Origin: Octopus sinensis
Taxonomy: Eukaryota
Length of the DNA: 64,000 bases
NCBI RefSeq assembly: GCF_006345805.1
Contig: NC_043008.1
Location: 42,594,001 to 42,658,000 of the forward strand
Reading direction: 5' to 3'
The position numbers and the translations under genes are program-made. Below the pieces are notes generated by a model. That model saw only the letters and a list, made by a program, of their open reading frames with translations. It had not been told where the DNA came from and made no database searches. Shown here one piece after another: positions 1 through 11,744 of the stretch; position 1 is the stretch's first letter; each line of letters opens with the position of its first letter.

Positions 1-230
1 CACGTGGGCCACCGGGATTTAACTAATATTTTTAGCAATAAAAAAAAACACCGATCAGTCGTCGTTGGTGAGGTGTACGTCTTTAAGTGGCGATTTTTCA
101 TAATTGTAAGAATTCAGTAATATAGACAATAGGAAGGCCCTCGTCTAAGGAAACAGAATCTTAAACAAGTTTTTCAAAATATCGTATTAACATACATACA
201 TACATATATACGTACATACATGCATATTTA

Positions 231-293
231 CTTTATTGAAAAGCAGCAAAAATATCACAATATATTGCTGCTTTTCAATAAAGCATATTACTC
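231..293 (-). repeat. Short hairpin remnant related to the 32.1 kb (TA)n-anchored element
   Basis: Perfect 18-bp inverted repeat ctttattgaaaagcagca (231-248) / tgctgcttttcaataaag (266-283), followed by catattactc, the reverse complement of gagtaatatg that abuts the hairpin at 32101. Confidence 0.7.
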
Positions 294-596
294 AACACAC
301 ATACATAACCACGTGCACATTTAATCATGCATCTCGTGTGTTCATGTGAGTAAGAGTGTACGTGTGTATTTCATGGTGTGTGCTGTGTGTATACGTATTT
401 GTGCCTCGATTTTAGACCGGCTTAAGACATATACAGAGTCTAAAACGTAAAAAACATTTACTTTACAAAGTCACTTGAGATATTTGTTCTGCATCGTAAA
501 AGACGTCCCTACTCGAATCTCCCAGCTACAATGCGGTAAAAAAAAATTCGCAACGCGCGTTTAAGAGCTCTTATGCGTTTGTTTCGTTGCATGTTA

Positions 597-751
597 TTTT
601 ATCTTGGGGTATCTCCGGGTTAATTTAGAGACCCCGAAAGGATGAAGGGGAAGTGAACCACGGGAGGATTTGAAATCAGTGTTAAAGGCCGAACGAAATG
701 CTGCTAAGGACTTTGACCAGCGTCCTCACTATTCCGCCAGCTCACCGCCTT
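597..751 (-). mobile_element. tRNA-derived SINE, family A (diverged)
   Basis: gaccccgaaaggatgaag...ggatttgaaatcag...ccgccagctcaccgcctt; aligns by eye to the copies at 8.8, 14.5 and 34.7 kb. Confidence 0.75.
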
Positions 752-2429
752 CATAGGTCCACAACGTATTTTTAATTATACTTTAACTGGATGTCTTCAA
801 CATGTTTACAATTATACACAAAATGTCAACAATCACAAGCGCAGCAATCGCCCATAAAACTTAAGGACATTGAAATAGCAATAATAGGTCCGTTTAGTTG
901 TATACAAGACAATATCAGTGTCTTCACACGACAATAAATACTCGATAAAACCGTGTTCCTTGACCGTCAATTATAGCTGTTGGGTATTATAAATCATTCA
1001 GTTAGATAAACCTTTTTCATGTGAATGCCTCCACAGAATACAATTAAATATCGTCAAACATAACATTTTCACTTGGCTAAGGAAGGTAAAGGAAATGGCT
1101 ACCGAAACAGGATTTTATTGCTGTCAGCACAATCGAGCTAAAATATCTCTGTGCGCTAAATAATACACAAACAAATGCACACACGCAAACAGGTAGATAG
1201 ATAAATAGATAAATAGATAGATTATGTGCATGTATGTGTGTGTGTGTATGTATATATATATATATACGAATATAATATATATTTTAATATATATATATTG
1301 ATATATATACATGTGTATGTATATGTGTGTTAATATATATATATATATGTATATATATATATGTATATATATATGTATCATTATTAAAGAGGACAACAAA
1401 CGTTAAGGCAAGGCAAGCATCTCAAGTCATATACATTATAAATATTATTATTGGAAACAAATTCAGTCTTACGACTGTTTCTGAGATATCCCAGAGTATG
1501 GGATATTCTATCATCGGTGATAAATAGAGAAAATGAGAAAGGTATAGATTATTGAAACAATGACATAGAGCACAGCATTAAAGGAATAAACAGATGCACA
1601 AAGGGAAGAAAAAAGAAGCATAAAAGTTCACAGTTGAACTTTCCGATCTTGTAGAAATAAGTTCAGAAGTCCTTAGGTACAATCCTGCATAAATCCATGT
1701 GGGTTAAATTCCAGATAGTGTAAAGATGATAGTGTAATCAATTACAGCATTTACGTAGCGTACTTAGTCGTTTAGATCACCTGTGAACTAAACCTGATAT
1801 TTTGTATGTATATATATGGGGAGAGTTTACGAAAAAAAAAAACGAGAAAAGACGAAGACTATATATATATACACATACATGCATACACACACAGGTATGT
1901 ATATTTTAACGTTGCGTTGAGGTAGGATCTGCAGATAACTTATTCTATCCATGAGAGGCAAATATTATTTAATATCCACAGTATTTAAAATAAAAGCTAA
2001 TGATATTTCCTCCCGTAGGGACACTTTACGCAGATTTATATAATGTCTTTTGTGTCCCCAAGAAATCTCCAGTGTCACATCACATGGTTAATTTTGTTTG
2101 AAAACGAGGACTGGTATATGAGAAAAAAGGCGAGAAAAAAGGGGGACGATTGACGCAAAAAAGTGGAATGAGAAGACAAACTTTGAATAAAACGGAAAAA
2201 GAAAGTAGAGAAAAGAAAATTGAGGGTTACATCGTTTGGGTTGCAGACACCTTAATTAATGTGGCTGGGATAGAATAATAAGCGGCCTGCACACGGGAGA
2301 GACCTGCGTCGGAGAGCTCCGAGTTTTGACCGACCCCTCTTGTGTGTCCCGCCCCTGGCACTAGGTTGATTATAGTAGAATAGCACCGCTGAATTATTCT
2401 ACATTAGCTTAGATTAATTATATCTATTA

Positions 2430-2515
2430 TCAATCGGGTGGATTCGTTTGACTAAATCGCTTGAAGACGGTGCTCCAGTATGGCCACACACCAATGAAAT
2501 AAGTAAAAGAAAAGA
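2430..2515 (+). mobile_element. SINE family C, 3' tail fragment
   Basis: gattcgtttgactaaatcgcttgaagacggtgctccagtatggcc...aagtaaaaga matches the tail of the 31.2 kb copy. Confidence 0.6.
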
Positions 2516-4004
2516 TTGGGCTAACAGATTGTAAACGGCTGTAGATAGACGCAAGTGTGTTGGATGTGCAAAAGGGTTCTGCAATAGCAGAATAGTTGAG
2601 GTCTTAAAGAAAATGTATTATTCCGTTTAATTACGATGGTATGATGCTTTGTGATCAGATTTTGAATCGCACCAAATTTAACTTTCATCTCTTGAGATCG
2701 ATAAAGTTAAGTTCCAATAACAACCCGAATACAATCAATCGACTAAACATATTTTTCAAAGTGTTATAACAATCTCTAAAGTTAGAAATAATTGTTTTAT
2801 TTCCTAAAAGCAGACATACGAGTAGAAAATGTTTGAGCGGGGTTAATCGATTAAATTGACCCCTGTTTTTGACTTGTACTTTCTTTATCGACCTCCGGAA
2901 AGATGAAAGGTAAAGTTGTACTCGGAGAGAAATAGAAATCATAATTATAGTTGTTTTTACGTAGTTACTAACTATGTATATCATTAATAATTAGATAAAA
3001 AGTAGATTAATATTTCTGCTATTTTGTCTCCAAACGTCACATTTTAACAGAGAATGTGTCAAGTTTTGCTTTCATCTTCTTGAAATCGATCAAATAAGCA
3101 GCACTTGTCTATATTCGTTCAATTCAATCGACAAATATGTCCACTTATGAATACATAAGTTGATGCCAGATTTAGAAATTGTTGTTGCTCATGTGTCTGT
3201 TTGATTTTTCTTTTCTTATTTTTGGTGCTATTTTTATATCTAATGGAAGTATTGAGTGTTGCGAGACGAAAATATATTTTTCATTCGCTCAATCGTTGAA
3301 AATCTTCTGAGAGGAAATAATCTTCATTAGTATATTGGCAGTTCCGCGCAATGACGATTGAGCTGCTATCATCATCATCATCATCATCATCATTAACAGA
3401 AATCTCTCCACTTTCACCATCATGATTATTATCACAGTCACTAATATCAACAAAAGCCACTACTACCAAGAAATTCATCAACGCCTTAGTCGTCGTCTTC
3501 GTCGTCATCGTCGTCGTCATGATCATCATTTTCACAATAATCAACAAAAGCGTCAATGTCGCCGACCCCCGAAAGCACCATCATAATAATCAGCAGATGT
3601 CTTCATCATCTTCATCATTATCAATAATATGTGGTCGTTGTCATCATCATCATCATCGTCGTTGTAATCGTCGTCGTCGTCATCTAAATATAATAGCAAG
3701 GCTTATTATGATAGCAAAAGCGTCGCTAAAGGTAAATAAAGATGAACAATGAATTCGAGGATGCGATGTCATCTTTTGTGATTCCAAAGTAGAATTGAAA
3801 TCCCGCCAAAAATAACCCGAGTACTCAAAACAGACTATCATTATTGTAGACTGTTTATATTATTATCTTGCTGGACGATGACTTCATAACGGGAAAAATA
3901 CTGGATATGATGATGATGATGAGGAGGAGGAGGAGAAGGAGGAGGAGGAGCAGGGGGCAGGAGGAGGAGGTTGCTGGTAATGAAAATGATCGCTAAATGC
4001 AATA

Positions 4005-4102
4005 ATGATTGTAATGGTGGAGGTTTTCGTCACCAGTCACAAGTGTATCCAAAAAGGGTGGAATGAGATCGCAAGAATTGTGAGAAGAGCAGATGAAACT
4101 CG
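4005..4102 (-). mobile_element. mariner-type transposase fragment (first catalytic Asp region)
   Basis: Minus-strand translation FICSSHNSCDLIPPFLDTLVTGDENLHHYN resembles the mariner ICSSLL..PFL.RIVTGDEKW..Y.N motif. Confidence 0.6.
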
Positions 4103-4129
4103 GGGTTTGCGGTTGCTTTCGGACAATTC

Positions 4130-4513
4130 TCGAGGGGGAGAGATACGCTGCGATCAAGAATTTTACATAAAAAGTTTGGTTGGAAAAGAATGGCATTAAA
4201 AAACTTCCATGAACGCTTTGGAACACCTCTGGGGCATAATGGATGGCACATGTCGTAAAAAGAATAGCAAATGCATCTTCAAAGCCAGATCTTTTGAGAT
4301 AACTGCATGAAAGTTAGCAAGAAATTCCCGAAGAGAATATTCGTTATGTGATCAGTAGCATGCCTTAGAGAATCCTCTCGTGGAAAAATGCAAAGGGCAT
4401 GTCCACTAAATATTAGATATTCACATTATGATAATTAATAAATACTTTGAATGTATAATTTCAGATTCAAAGCAATTTTAATGTTTATACGGCTGTTTAG
4501 ATACTTCTGTCAT
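4130..4513 (+). mobile_element. Tc1-like transposase C-terminal remnant with right end
   Basis: KVWLEKNGIKKLP, then frameshifted MNALEHLWGIM...EIPEENIRYVISSMP*RI...KNAKGMSTKY* (4209-4416, 3 internal stops); ends at a (TA)n tract. Confidence 0.75.
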
Positions 4514-4557
<44 letters not shown>

Positions 4558-4592
4558 ATATGTATGTATGTATGTATGTATGCATATATGCA

Positions 4593-4648
4593 TTTTATAC
4601 GTTTGTTTTTATACGTTTTTATACGTTTTTATACGTTTTTATACGTTT
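4593..4648. repeat. 10-bp tandem repeat (TTTTTATACG)n, about 5 copies
   Basis: Read directly from the sequence. Confidence 0.85.
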
Positions 4649-4752
4649 GTTTCAGACAATTGACTGTGGCCATGCCACAGCACCTCCTAAAACAGCTTTA
4701 GTAGAAGAATTTGTACCCAGGGCTTATTCTTTGTGAGCCAAGTACTTATTCT
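4647..4752 (-). mobile_element. SINE family C, 3' fragment
   Basis: gactgtggccatgccacagcacc...cccagggcttattctttgtgagccaagtacttattct is the reverse complement of the family C tail. Confidence 0.6.
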
Positions 4753-4887
4753 AGTTATGGTGCTGTTAACATTCCAGCCTCGGTTGTCAAGTGATGGTGG
4801 AGGGGCTAACACTGACTCAACGACAGCCAGAGACAGACTACGCACATAAGTATAAGCGTGTTTATATATATATATAAATACACACAC

Positions 4888-4937
<50 letters not shown>

Positions 4938-4955
4938 AAATATATATACATATAT

Positions 4956-5072
4956 TGGCCTGCTCGCTTAGCCAGCGGGGTGGCGTCATTTGAAGGCTAA
5001 AACAATGTGAAGCGCATTGTGACCAGCGATGTGTAGCAACATCTGATAGCCTGGTCGGTCACGGTGATAACG

Positions 5073-5076
<4 letters not shown>
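4956..5076 (+). repeat. Unclassified interspersed repeat embedded in (TA)n
   Basis: ggcctgctcgcttagccagcgggg...catctgatagcctggtcggtcacggtgata; diverged reverse-complement copy at about 45915-46035. Confidence 0.6.
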
Positions 5077-5139
<63 letters not shown>

Positions 5140-5148
5140 CGTATATAT

Positions 5149-5275
5149 AAAACGGACTTCTTTCAGTTTCCGTCTAACATTTCCACTCAAATATTTGGAC
5201 GACTCGAATCTGTAGTAGAAGACACTTGTTCAAACTGCCACAGAACTTTGTAATTGGAAGGAAGCGTCTTAACAC
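5149..5275 (-). mobile_element. SINE family C, 5' half (diverged)
   Basis: cttctttcagtttccgtcta...tgtagtagaagacacttg is the reverse complement of the family C head and body. Confidence 0.6.
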
Positions 5276-6671
5276 ACACCCAGCCTGCACATATATATGT
5301 GTGCGTTTGTCTGTGTTTGTATGTGTGTTTGTGTATGTGTGTGTATGTGTGTAATAGAGTTAAAAGAAGATATCCAGCGATACTCAATGTACAAAACACT
5401 TTTTTTTACCGCTCAAAAGATTTGAAGTTACAGTCCGAAATCTTTAGCGAGGACTTATCTCTCCACCTTGAAGATGGGGGCCGGATCTACGTAATGTTTA
5501 TATGGTTCCACTACTGTTTGTATTTCCTTAAAATTTTACGAACAACACCTGCCAAAATCATAAAGTAATTCCGAGCACCTAGAAACAGCTGTCGAACTTA
5601 TACTGCGGTATCTCCTCCCCTTAATTTTCTCTGTCTTTGTACAGTTTGCAAGTTTCCGCTGTTGATATATAAATATCTATACATTAATATTCATCATTTG
5701 AATGCTTTGAGCCTTTGTTTTCTCCATATTTAAATGTATGTATGTATATTTATAAGTATATTTTCTATATGTAAGGCAAGTGGTTATATTTGTCTACATT
5801 TATCTCATTACCTATCTCCATATTTCTCTTTCTCTCTCTCTCTGTCTTTCTCTCTCCTCCCTCTCTCTCTCTCTCTACACACATATCAAGAGACCGAGAG
5901 AGAGAGAGTGTGAGAAAGGAAGAAAGAAAGAAAGAAAGAAAGAAAAAAGAAACAAAGAAAGAAAGAAAGCAAGATATATATTATATGACAAGTTACTTCC
6001 TGTTTACATGATGTTTTTCTTGTGAGCTAAACATATCTCGAAAAATATGAGAATGCTGAAAATATTATCATTATTATTACTTTTGTTATTATTATTATTA
6101 TCATTGTTGTTGTTGTTGTCTTTGTTGTTATTGTGATGACAATAAAAGTAGGAGTGGATGCAGGAGAAGGTAGAGTAGAAGGATCGTCCTCATTGTAATT
6201 CTTATTACACCGCAAGGTATTATATGCAAGCATCTTCCTCCATTCCAGCTCAATAACTTATTACATGCACATAAAAAAAAAGGTATCAACGGAATTCTGA
6301 AAACACCATTGTGTGGAACTGCCAAATTACTAATGAAGATTATTTCCTCTCTGAAGAATTCAATGATTGGAAGAAATAGACTGAAGAGATATTTTGGTTT
6401 GCCACTGGACAACACCTACACTAATTTATGAATTCCTAAAATTTCTGTAACAATGTTAAAAGTGTGGGAGAATGATGCAGTTGAAGAATTCTACAAATAT
6501 ATGTTTTTCGATGTATTTTGTTTATCGTAGAGATGAATGAAAGGGTGAGCGCCTCGAGAGAAATGCGCACTGCAGTCTAAAAGACAAGAAAACAAAATAC
6601 GCATTTCTATAACTACATCTTGCCCACTTCTTTACTGCGGCTGCTACTGTTACCATTACTTACCATTACTG

Positions 6672-6802
<131 letters not shown>

Positions 6803-7312
6803 AAATATCCTGATGCAGTACTAGGCAATAGCTCTCATGGTTTCTGATCTTAACTGATTGGAAGTGTTATCACGTATATTGTTTTGTCTTGGTACAAAAG
6901 ATGGGCTACAGCAAATATTCTGCTCAATACCACAGATTTGCTTGTCCGATGTTTGACCTTAATCATTAAGATTGTCCCTCAGAGGTTGACTATATGTGCG
7001 TCTCTGAACATTGAGAGGAATTCTTTGGAGTTTGGATAATTCACCTTTGGAAATATGGGTGTTTCGTTCAACATCCTTTTTCGAAGATCATTTGAGTGGG
7101 ATGAACTACTTGACCTGAAGAAAACTCTAACTGGACCCCATCTGCATGATCATGTGCTGTATATCTTGATATGAGATCACCATGTCGCGCACATATGGTT
7201 GTGATACATATGCCTGTTTTACCCTTATCAGACGGGTAGTCATGATGAGTATACTGGGCTTCGTATATTTTAACCCATTGTTACTTTGATGGCATGCACT
7301 ACTCTCTCACTC
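6803..7312. mobile_element. 510-bp (AAT)n-embedded repeat unit, copy 1 (unclassified, probably retroposed, orientation unresolved)
   Basis: aaatatcctgatgcag...ctctctcactc between (AAT)n tracts; apparently identical copy at 7431-7940 and diverged inverted partial copy at 39281-39559. Confidence 0.8.
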
Positions 7313-7343
7313 AATAATAATAATAATGGTAATAATAATAATA

Positions 7344-7415
<72 letters not shown>

Positions 7416-7430
7416 CATAATAATAATAAT

Positions 7431-7940
7431 AAATATCCTGATGCAGTACTAGGCAATAGCTCTCATGGTTTCTGATCTTAACTGATTGGAAGTGTTATCA
7501 CGTATATTGTTTTGTCTTGGTACAAAAGATGGGCTACAGCAAATATTCTGCTCAATACCACAGATTTGCTTGTCCGATGTTTGACCTTAATCATTAAGAT
7601 TGTCCCTCAGAGGTTGACTATATGTGCGTCTCTGAACATTGAGAGGAATTCTTTGGAGTTTGGATAATTCACCTTTGGAAATATGGGTGTTTCGTTCAAC
7701 ATCCTTTTTCGAAGATCATTTGAGTGGGATGAACTACTTGACCTGAAGAAAACTCTAACTGGACCCCATCTGCATGATCATGTGCTGTATATCTTGATAT
7801 GAGATCACCATGTCGCGCACATATGGTTGTGATACATATGCCTGTTTTACCCTTATCAGACGGGTAGTCATGATGAGTATACTGGGCTTCGTATATTTTA
7901 ACCCATTGTTACTTTGATGGCATGCACTACTCTCTCACTC
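7431..7940. mobile_element. 510-bp (AAT)n-embedded repeat unit, copy 2
   Basis: Same length as copy 1 (offset 628 bp) with no difference seen by eye; same CAT and GGT interruptions in the flanking (AAT)n. Confidence 0.8.
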
Positions 7941-7953
7941 AATAATAATAATA

Positions 7954-8023
<70 letters not shown>

Positions 8024-8025
<2 letters not shown>

Positions 8026-8737
8026 TCTCAACAGGCACGATAGAGCTGCACAATATATTCACTGGGTAATCTGTAAAAACCTGGATTTGCCCCATGAAAA
8101 AAACTGGTGGGAACACAAACCACCCCCAGTGCTTGAAAATGACCACATCTCACTCCTCTGGAACTTCACCATTCAAACTGACAGGAAGATAGATGCAAAT
8201 AGGCCAGACATCATATTGAAAAACTTCAAACAAAGAACATGTCTCCTCATTGATATGACTGTCCCAATCGATATAAACGTATCTGTCAAGACCTACCAAA
8301 AACTGAGCAAATATAAAGATCTTGAAATAGAAATCAGCAAAATGTGGAAGCTGAAGACTAAAACAATACCTGTTGTCATAGGTGCCCTGGGAATGATAGC
8401 AAAAGGGGCTGATAGCTACCTAACTCAGATACCAGGAAACCCAAAAATGGCAGAAGTTCAAAAGATAGTGCTCATGGGAACTGCTCATATCCTACGCAAA
8501 ATACTCTCTATGTAATCTCAAGGTTTAAAACAAACATAATTTTCGGTTTAAAAAAAAAAAAAAAAAAAAACCTTTTTTTTTTCTTTTTAGACATTCATTA
8601 GTACAACATCCCCACCCCCCAAATATATGGCACACTAGGCATAACAACAACATGAACTTCCAACCCTGTTGTCTCTTGAGGTCTCTGGGTGAGACTTGGA
8701 GCCAACTTGTACAAATATAAAGCAAAAGTCAAACATA

Positions 8738-8738
<1 letters not shown>
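8024..8738 (+). mobile_element. 5'-truncated R4/Dong-type non-LTR retrotransposon (restriction-like endonuclease domain plus 3' UTR)
   Basis: Open frame 8024-8515: YLNRHDRAAQYIHWVICK...RPDIIL...CLLIDMTVP...KLSKYKDL...PVVIGALG...QKIVLMGTAHILRKILSM* (RHD motif and PD-(D/E)xK RLE); flanked by (AAT)n on both sides. Confidence 0.9.
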
Positions 8739-8771
<33 letters not shown>

Positions 8772-8772
<1 letters not shown>

Positions 8773-8995
8773 TTCATTTTTCTAGGTTTGGCAAAAGGCT
8801 AGCCCTTTTGAGGGGAGGGGTAAGTTGATTTCATTGACCTCAGTTCCTTGACTGTTAAATTATTTTCTCGACTGCGAAAAGATGAAAGACAAAATTAATC
8901 TCGGCAGGATTTGAACCTAGAACATGAGAAACCGGAAGAAATGCCGCTAAGCATTTTGCCCAACTTGCTGACTCTTCTGCCAGCTCACTACCCTT
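8772..8995 (-). mobile_element. SINE family A
   Basis: gaaaagatgaaagac...ggatttgaacc...gccgctaagcattttgccc...ctgccagctcac; its tail abuts the (AAT)n shared with the Dong-type fragment. Confidence 0.75.
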
Positions 8996-10017
8996 TCAGA
9001 TGATCATGAGGACAACGATGATGATGATGGGGATGAGGAAGAGGAGGAGGAGGAGGAGGAGGAGGAGGGGCAGGGGCAGGAGGAGCAGGAGGGGATGGTG
9101 ATGCTGCTAATGATGAGGAAAAGTAGTAGGAAGAGGTGGAGGAAAAGAAGAAAAGGAGGGGGAGAATTTGATGAGGAAGATATTTAGTGAGTTTATCATT
9201 ATCCCAAAGCGATTACCTGCTAATTTAATTAGCATGAATCTTATCCTGAAATTCTTTGGCAAAAGTCTCCTCAAATCGCGATAATCTTTTTCGGGATTCT
9301 TTTAGAATGTTGATCTCGTTGCTGTTGCTGCTCTTCTTATTTCCTTTACAAATTATTATACAAATTATTTTTTAATTAACTGCATAGACTAAACAGAAAA
9401 TTATATATAGAAAGCTCCATAATCCAAAATGATACAATTAACCATATCGCACACGAGATGCTGCCACCCAGTAAATCTACTTGATGAGAGGAAAGGCTTT
9501 ACGAAATTGCATAAAGTGTCTTTAATCATGCCAAAGACAATCTTAGGTGCCAGACTCATTGGCACTTCATTATCAGTTTATCATTTTGTCATTCCACAAA
9601 ACCGGAGCCCGTCCCTCCAACAATCAACATATTTTGTTTAACTTCATGCCGTTTATTTGTTATATTAATTCTTCGTTTGTTCTCCCAAAAACAGAAACTT
9701 GAATTCATCGTGGAATGGTGAGGTATTGGCTTCACATCATATTCGTTGCTTCCTCTTGCACTGTTCACCTACTGTTTCTCAAACTGGAACCCGTGAACAT
9801 CTTTCAAAGTGAACGAAGGTATAAGTCAACCCACGTTTACTAGCTTGAATAGTTTTTGTCTTATATTACCATAGGCAACCGTCTTCACTTCATACTCAAA
9901 TATCTCTGGAATACTTCCGACATCATTTCCGACCCTGCAGTACGTTGCTCGCCTGTATGGTCCTCGCTGGAGAGGTGGATGAAAACACAAACATATATAT
10001 ATACATACATATATATA

Positions 10018-10087
<70 letters not shown>

Positions 10088-10866
10088 GTATGTATGTATT
10101 TATGCAGCACCAGCAGTTGTAGTAGTGGTAGTTGAGGTAGTAGAGCAACGTGGTGGTGTAATGGCGTTTATCCTTGATTTCTTACACAAAAAATGTCTAG
10201 TTATTTTGGAACTTTCGTCCTCCTTCACTCATTATTCTTTAATAAAAACAGATTCAAGACGTTATGATTTCAGGTTTCTTTCTAATTCCACCTGACATTA
10301 AGAGCAAAACAATTCTAACCATATATACCATTCCTGCAATAATCAGTCATCCACATGTCTTCTTCCGTCGAACCATTCTTACACCCCACCCCACCCCAGT
10401 CTGAAATGTCTGATACTGCAACACTTTGGTTTTTTTTCTTTTTTTGGCTGTTCTTTGATCTTGCTGTCGTCAGCTCCTCTTATGATATCTCACAAGACCT
10501 TTGATGTCTGTCCTCCACAACAATTAGTAAGTACTTTTCAATCGGTTTTCCGCCATTATTGTTATTCTTTAGCCCGAGGTCAAGTCTGATATGGTAGACC
10601 TATGATCAAAGATGTTTCTTAATCAGCCGTTTCTGTTTTACAGCCATAATGAAAAAAATAATTATCATACATAATGAGTGTTTCATTGTGCGTTCAATTT
10701 GCTGCCTGCACTACAGACAAATCTATATATGTACATTAATAGTTTTGTGTGTTGTATTATTACCATTATTCTTGCAATAACTGTTTAATTTTTGTTTCTT
10801 TTTCCATATATTTTTTCTTTTGAAGTGTTGCTATTTTCTATTGTGCAAATTTGAGATCACTTAGAA

Positions 10867-11158
10867 CAGAGGTTCCCGAAATTTTGGGGCCACCGCCAAC
10901 CACATGGCCACATAATACCCTCAGCCCCCCTATTTTTATGTATAAATAAATATCGTATAGTTTACTAATTTGTATATACTATGAATCATTTGATATTTAA
11001 TATAAAATCATATAATTTTTATACAATACTATAATAATATAATAAATTCATAGTGTCCCCCAGTTCACTTCCTTCCTCCCAACATCTATTTCTCTACGGG
11101 CCCCTTAGGGCAACAGTGCCCACCTGGACCGTCTCAACACCCACTTTGAGAACCTATG
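10867..11158. mobile_element. hAT (Charlie-like) MITE
   Basis: TIRs cagaggttcccgaaat / actttgagaacctatg; 8-bp TSD acttagaa / gcttagaa (7/8 match); non-coding AT-rich interior. Confidence 0.75.
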
Positions 11159-11699
11159 GCTTAGAATATTTGAGCCACATTTTGTGTGATATTAATATTG
11201 TTATATTATTTCTTTGTGTTCCACTTAGCCACAGTATCAATATTTGGTTGTACGAACCCAACGAGACATAAGGTGGCTGGTTGATCTGCTAGAAATAACA
11301 GTTAAATAGCTTTCATACCACCCTCTGCTGTCAGAGAAAAAGATGGCTGATGTAGAATTGGATTCCTTGCACAAGACAAGATGACCAGCGCCGGAAACCG
11401 TTACGTATATTTCTACTTGATTAGGATAGTCCGGAGCTAAGCAACAAAAACCGCAATAACAGCACCAAAAGATCTTATTTGTAAATTACTCATTTGTTAT
11501 TCAGAGATTAATATTTTGTACGTGTTCCTTACATGCATTTGCGCATATGCGTGTCAAGTTTGTACGGATGTGTGTCAGATTTGTGTGTGTGTGTGTGTAT
11601 GCGTGCGTGTGTGTGTGTGGCGTGGTCGTGGTGGTGTGTCTGTGTGTGGTGTGTGTGGGTATGTGTGCGCTCGTATGTGAGTGATAGTGTGTGTGTGTT

Positions 11700-11744
<45 letters not shown>

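Noticed and set aside
5545-5605. GAAAC-AGCU-GUC-GAACUU, the 3' half of a hammerhead
   Set aside because: No CUGANGA or convincing stem II upstream; kept only as a comparison motif
6803-7940. Repeat-spacer-like layout suggestive of a CRISPR array
   Set aside because: The units are about 510 bp and identical, the separators are microsatellites, the context is eukaryotic and no cas genes are present
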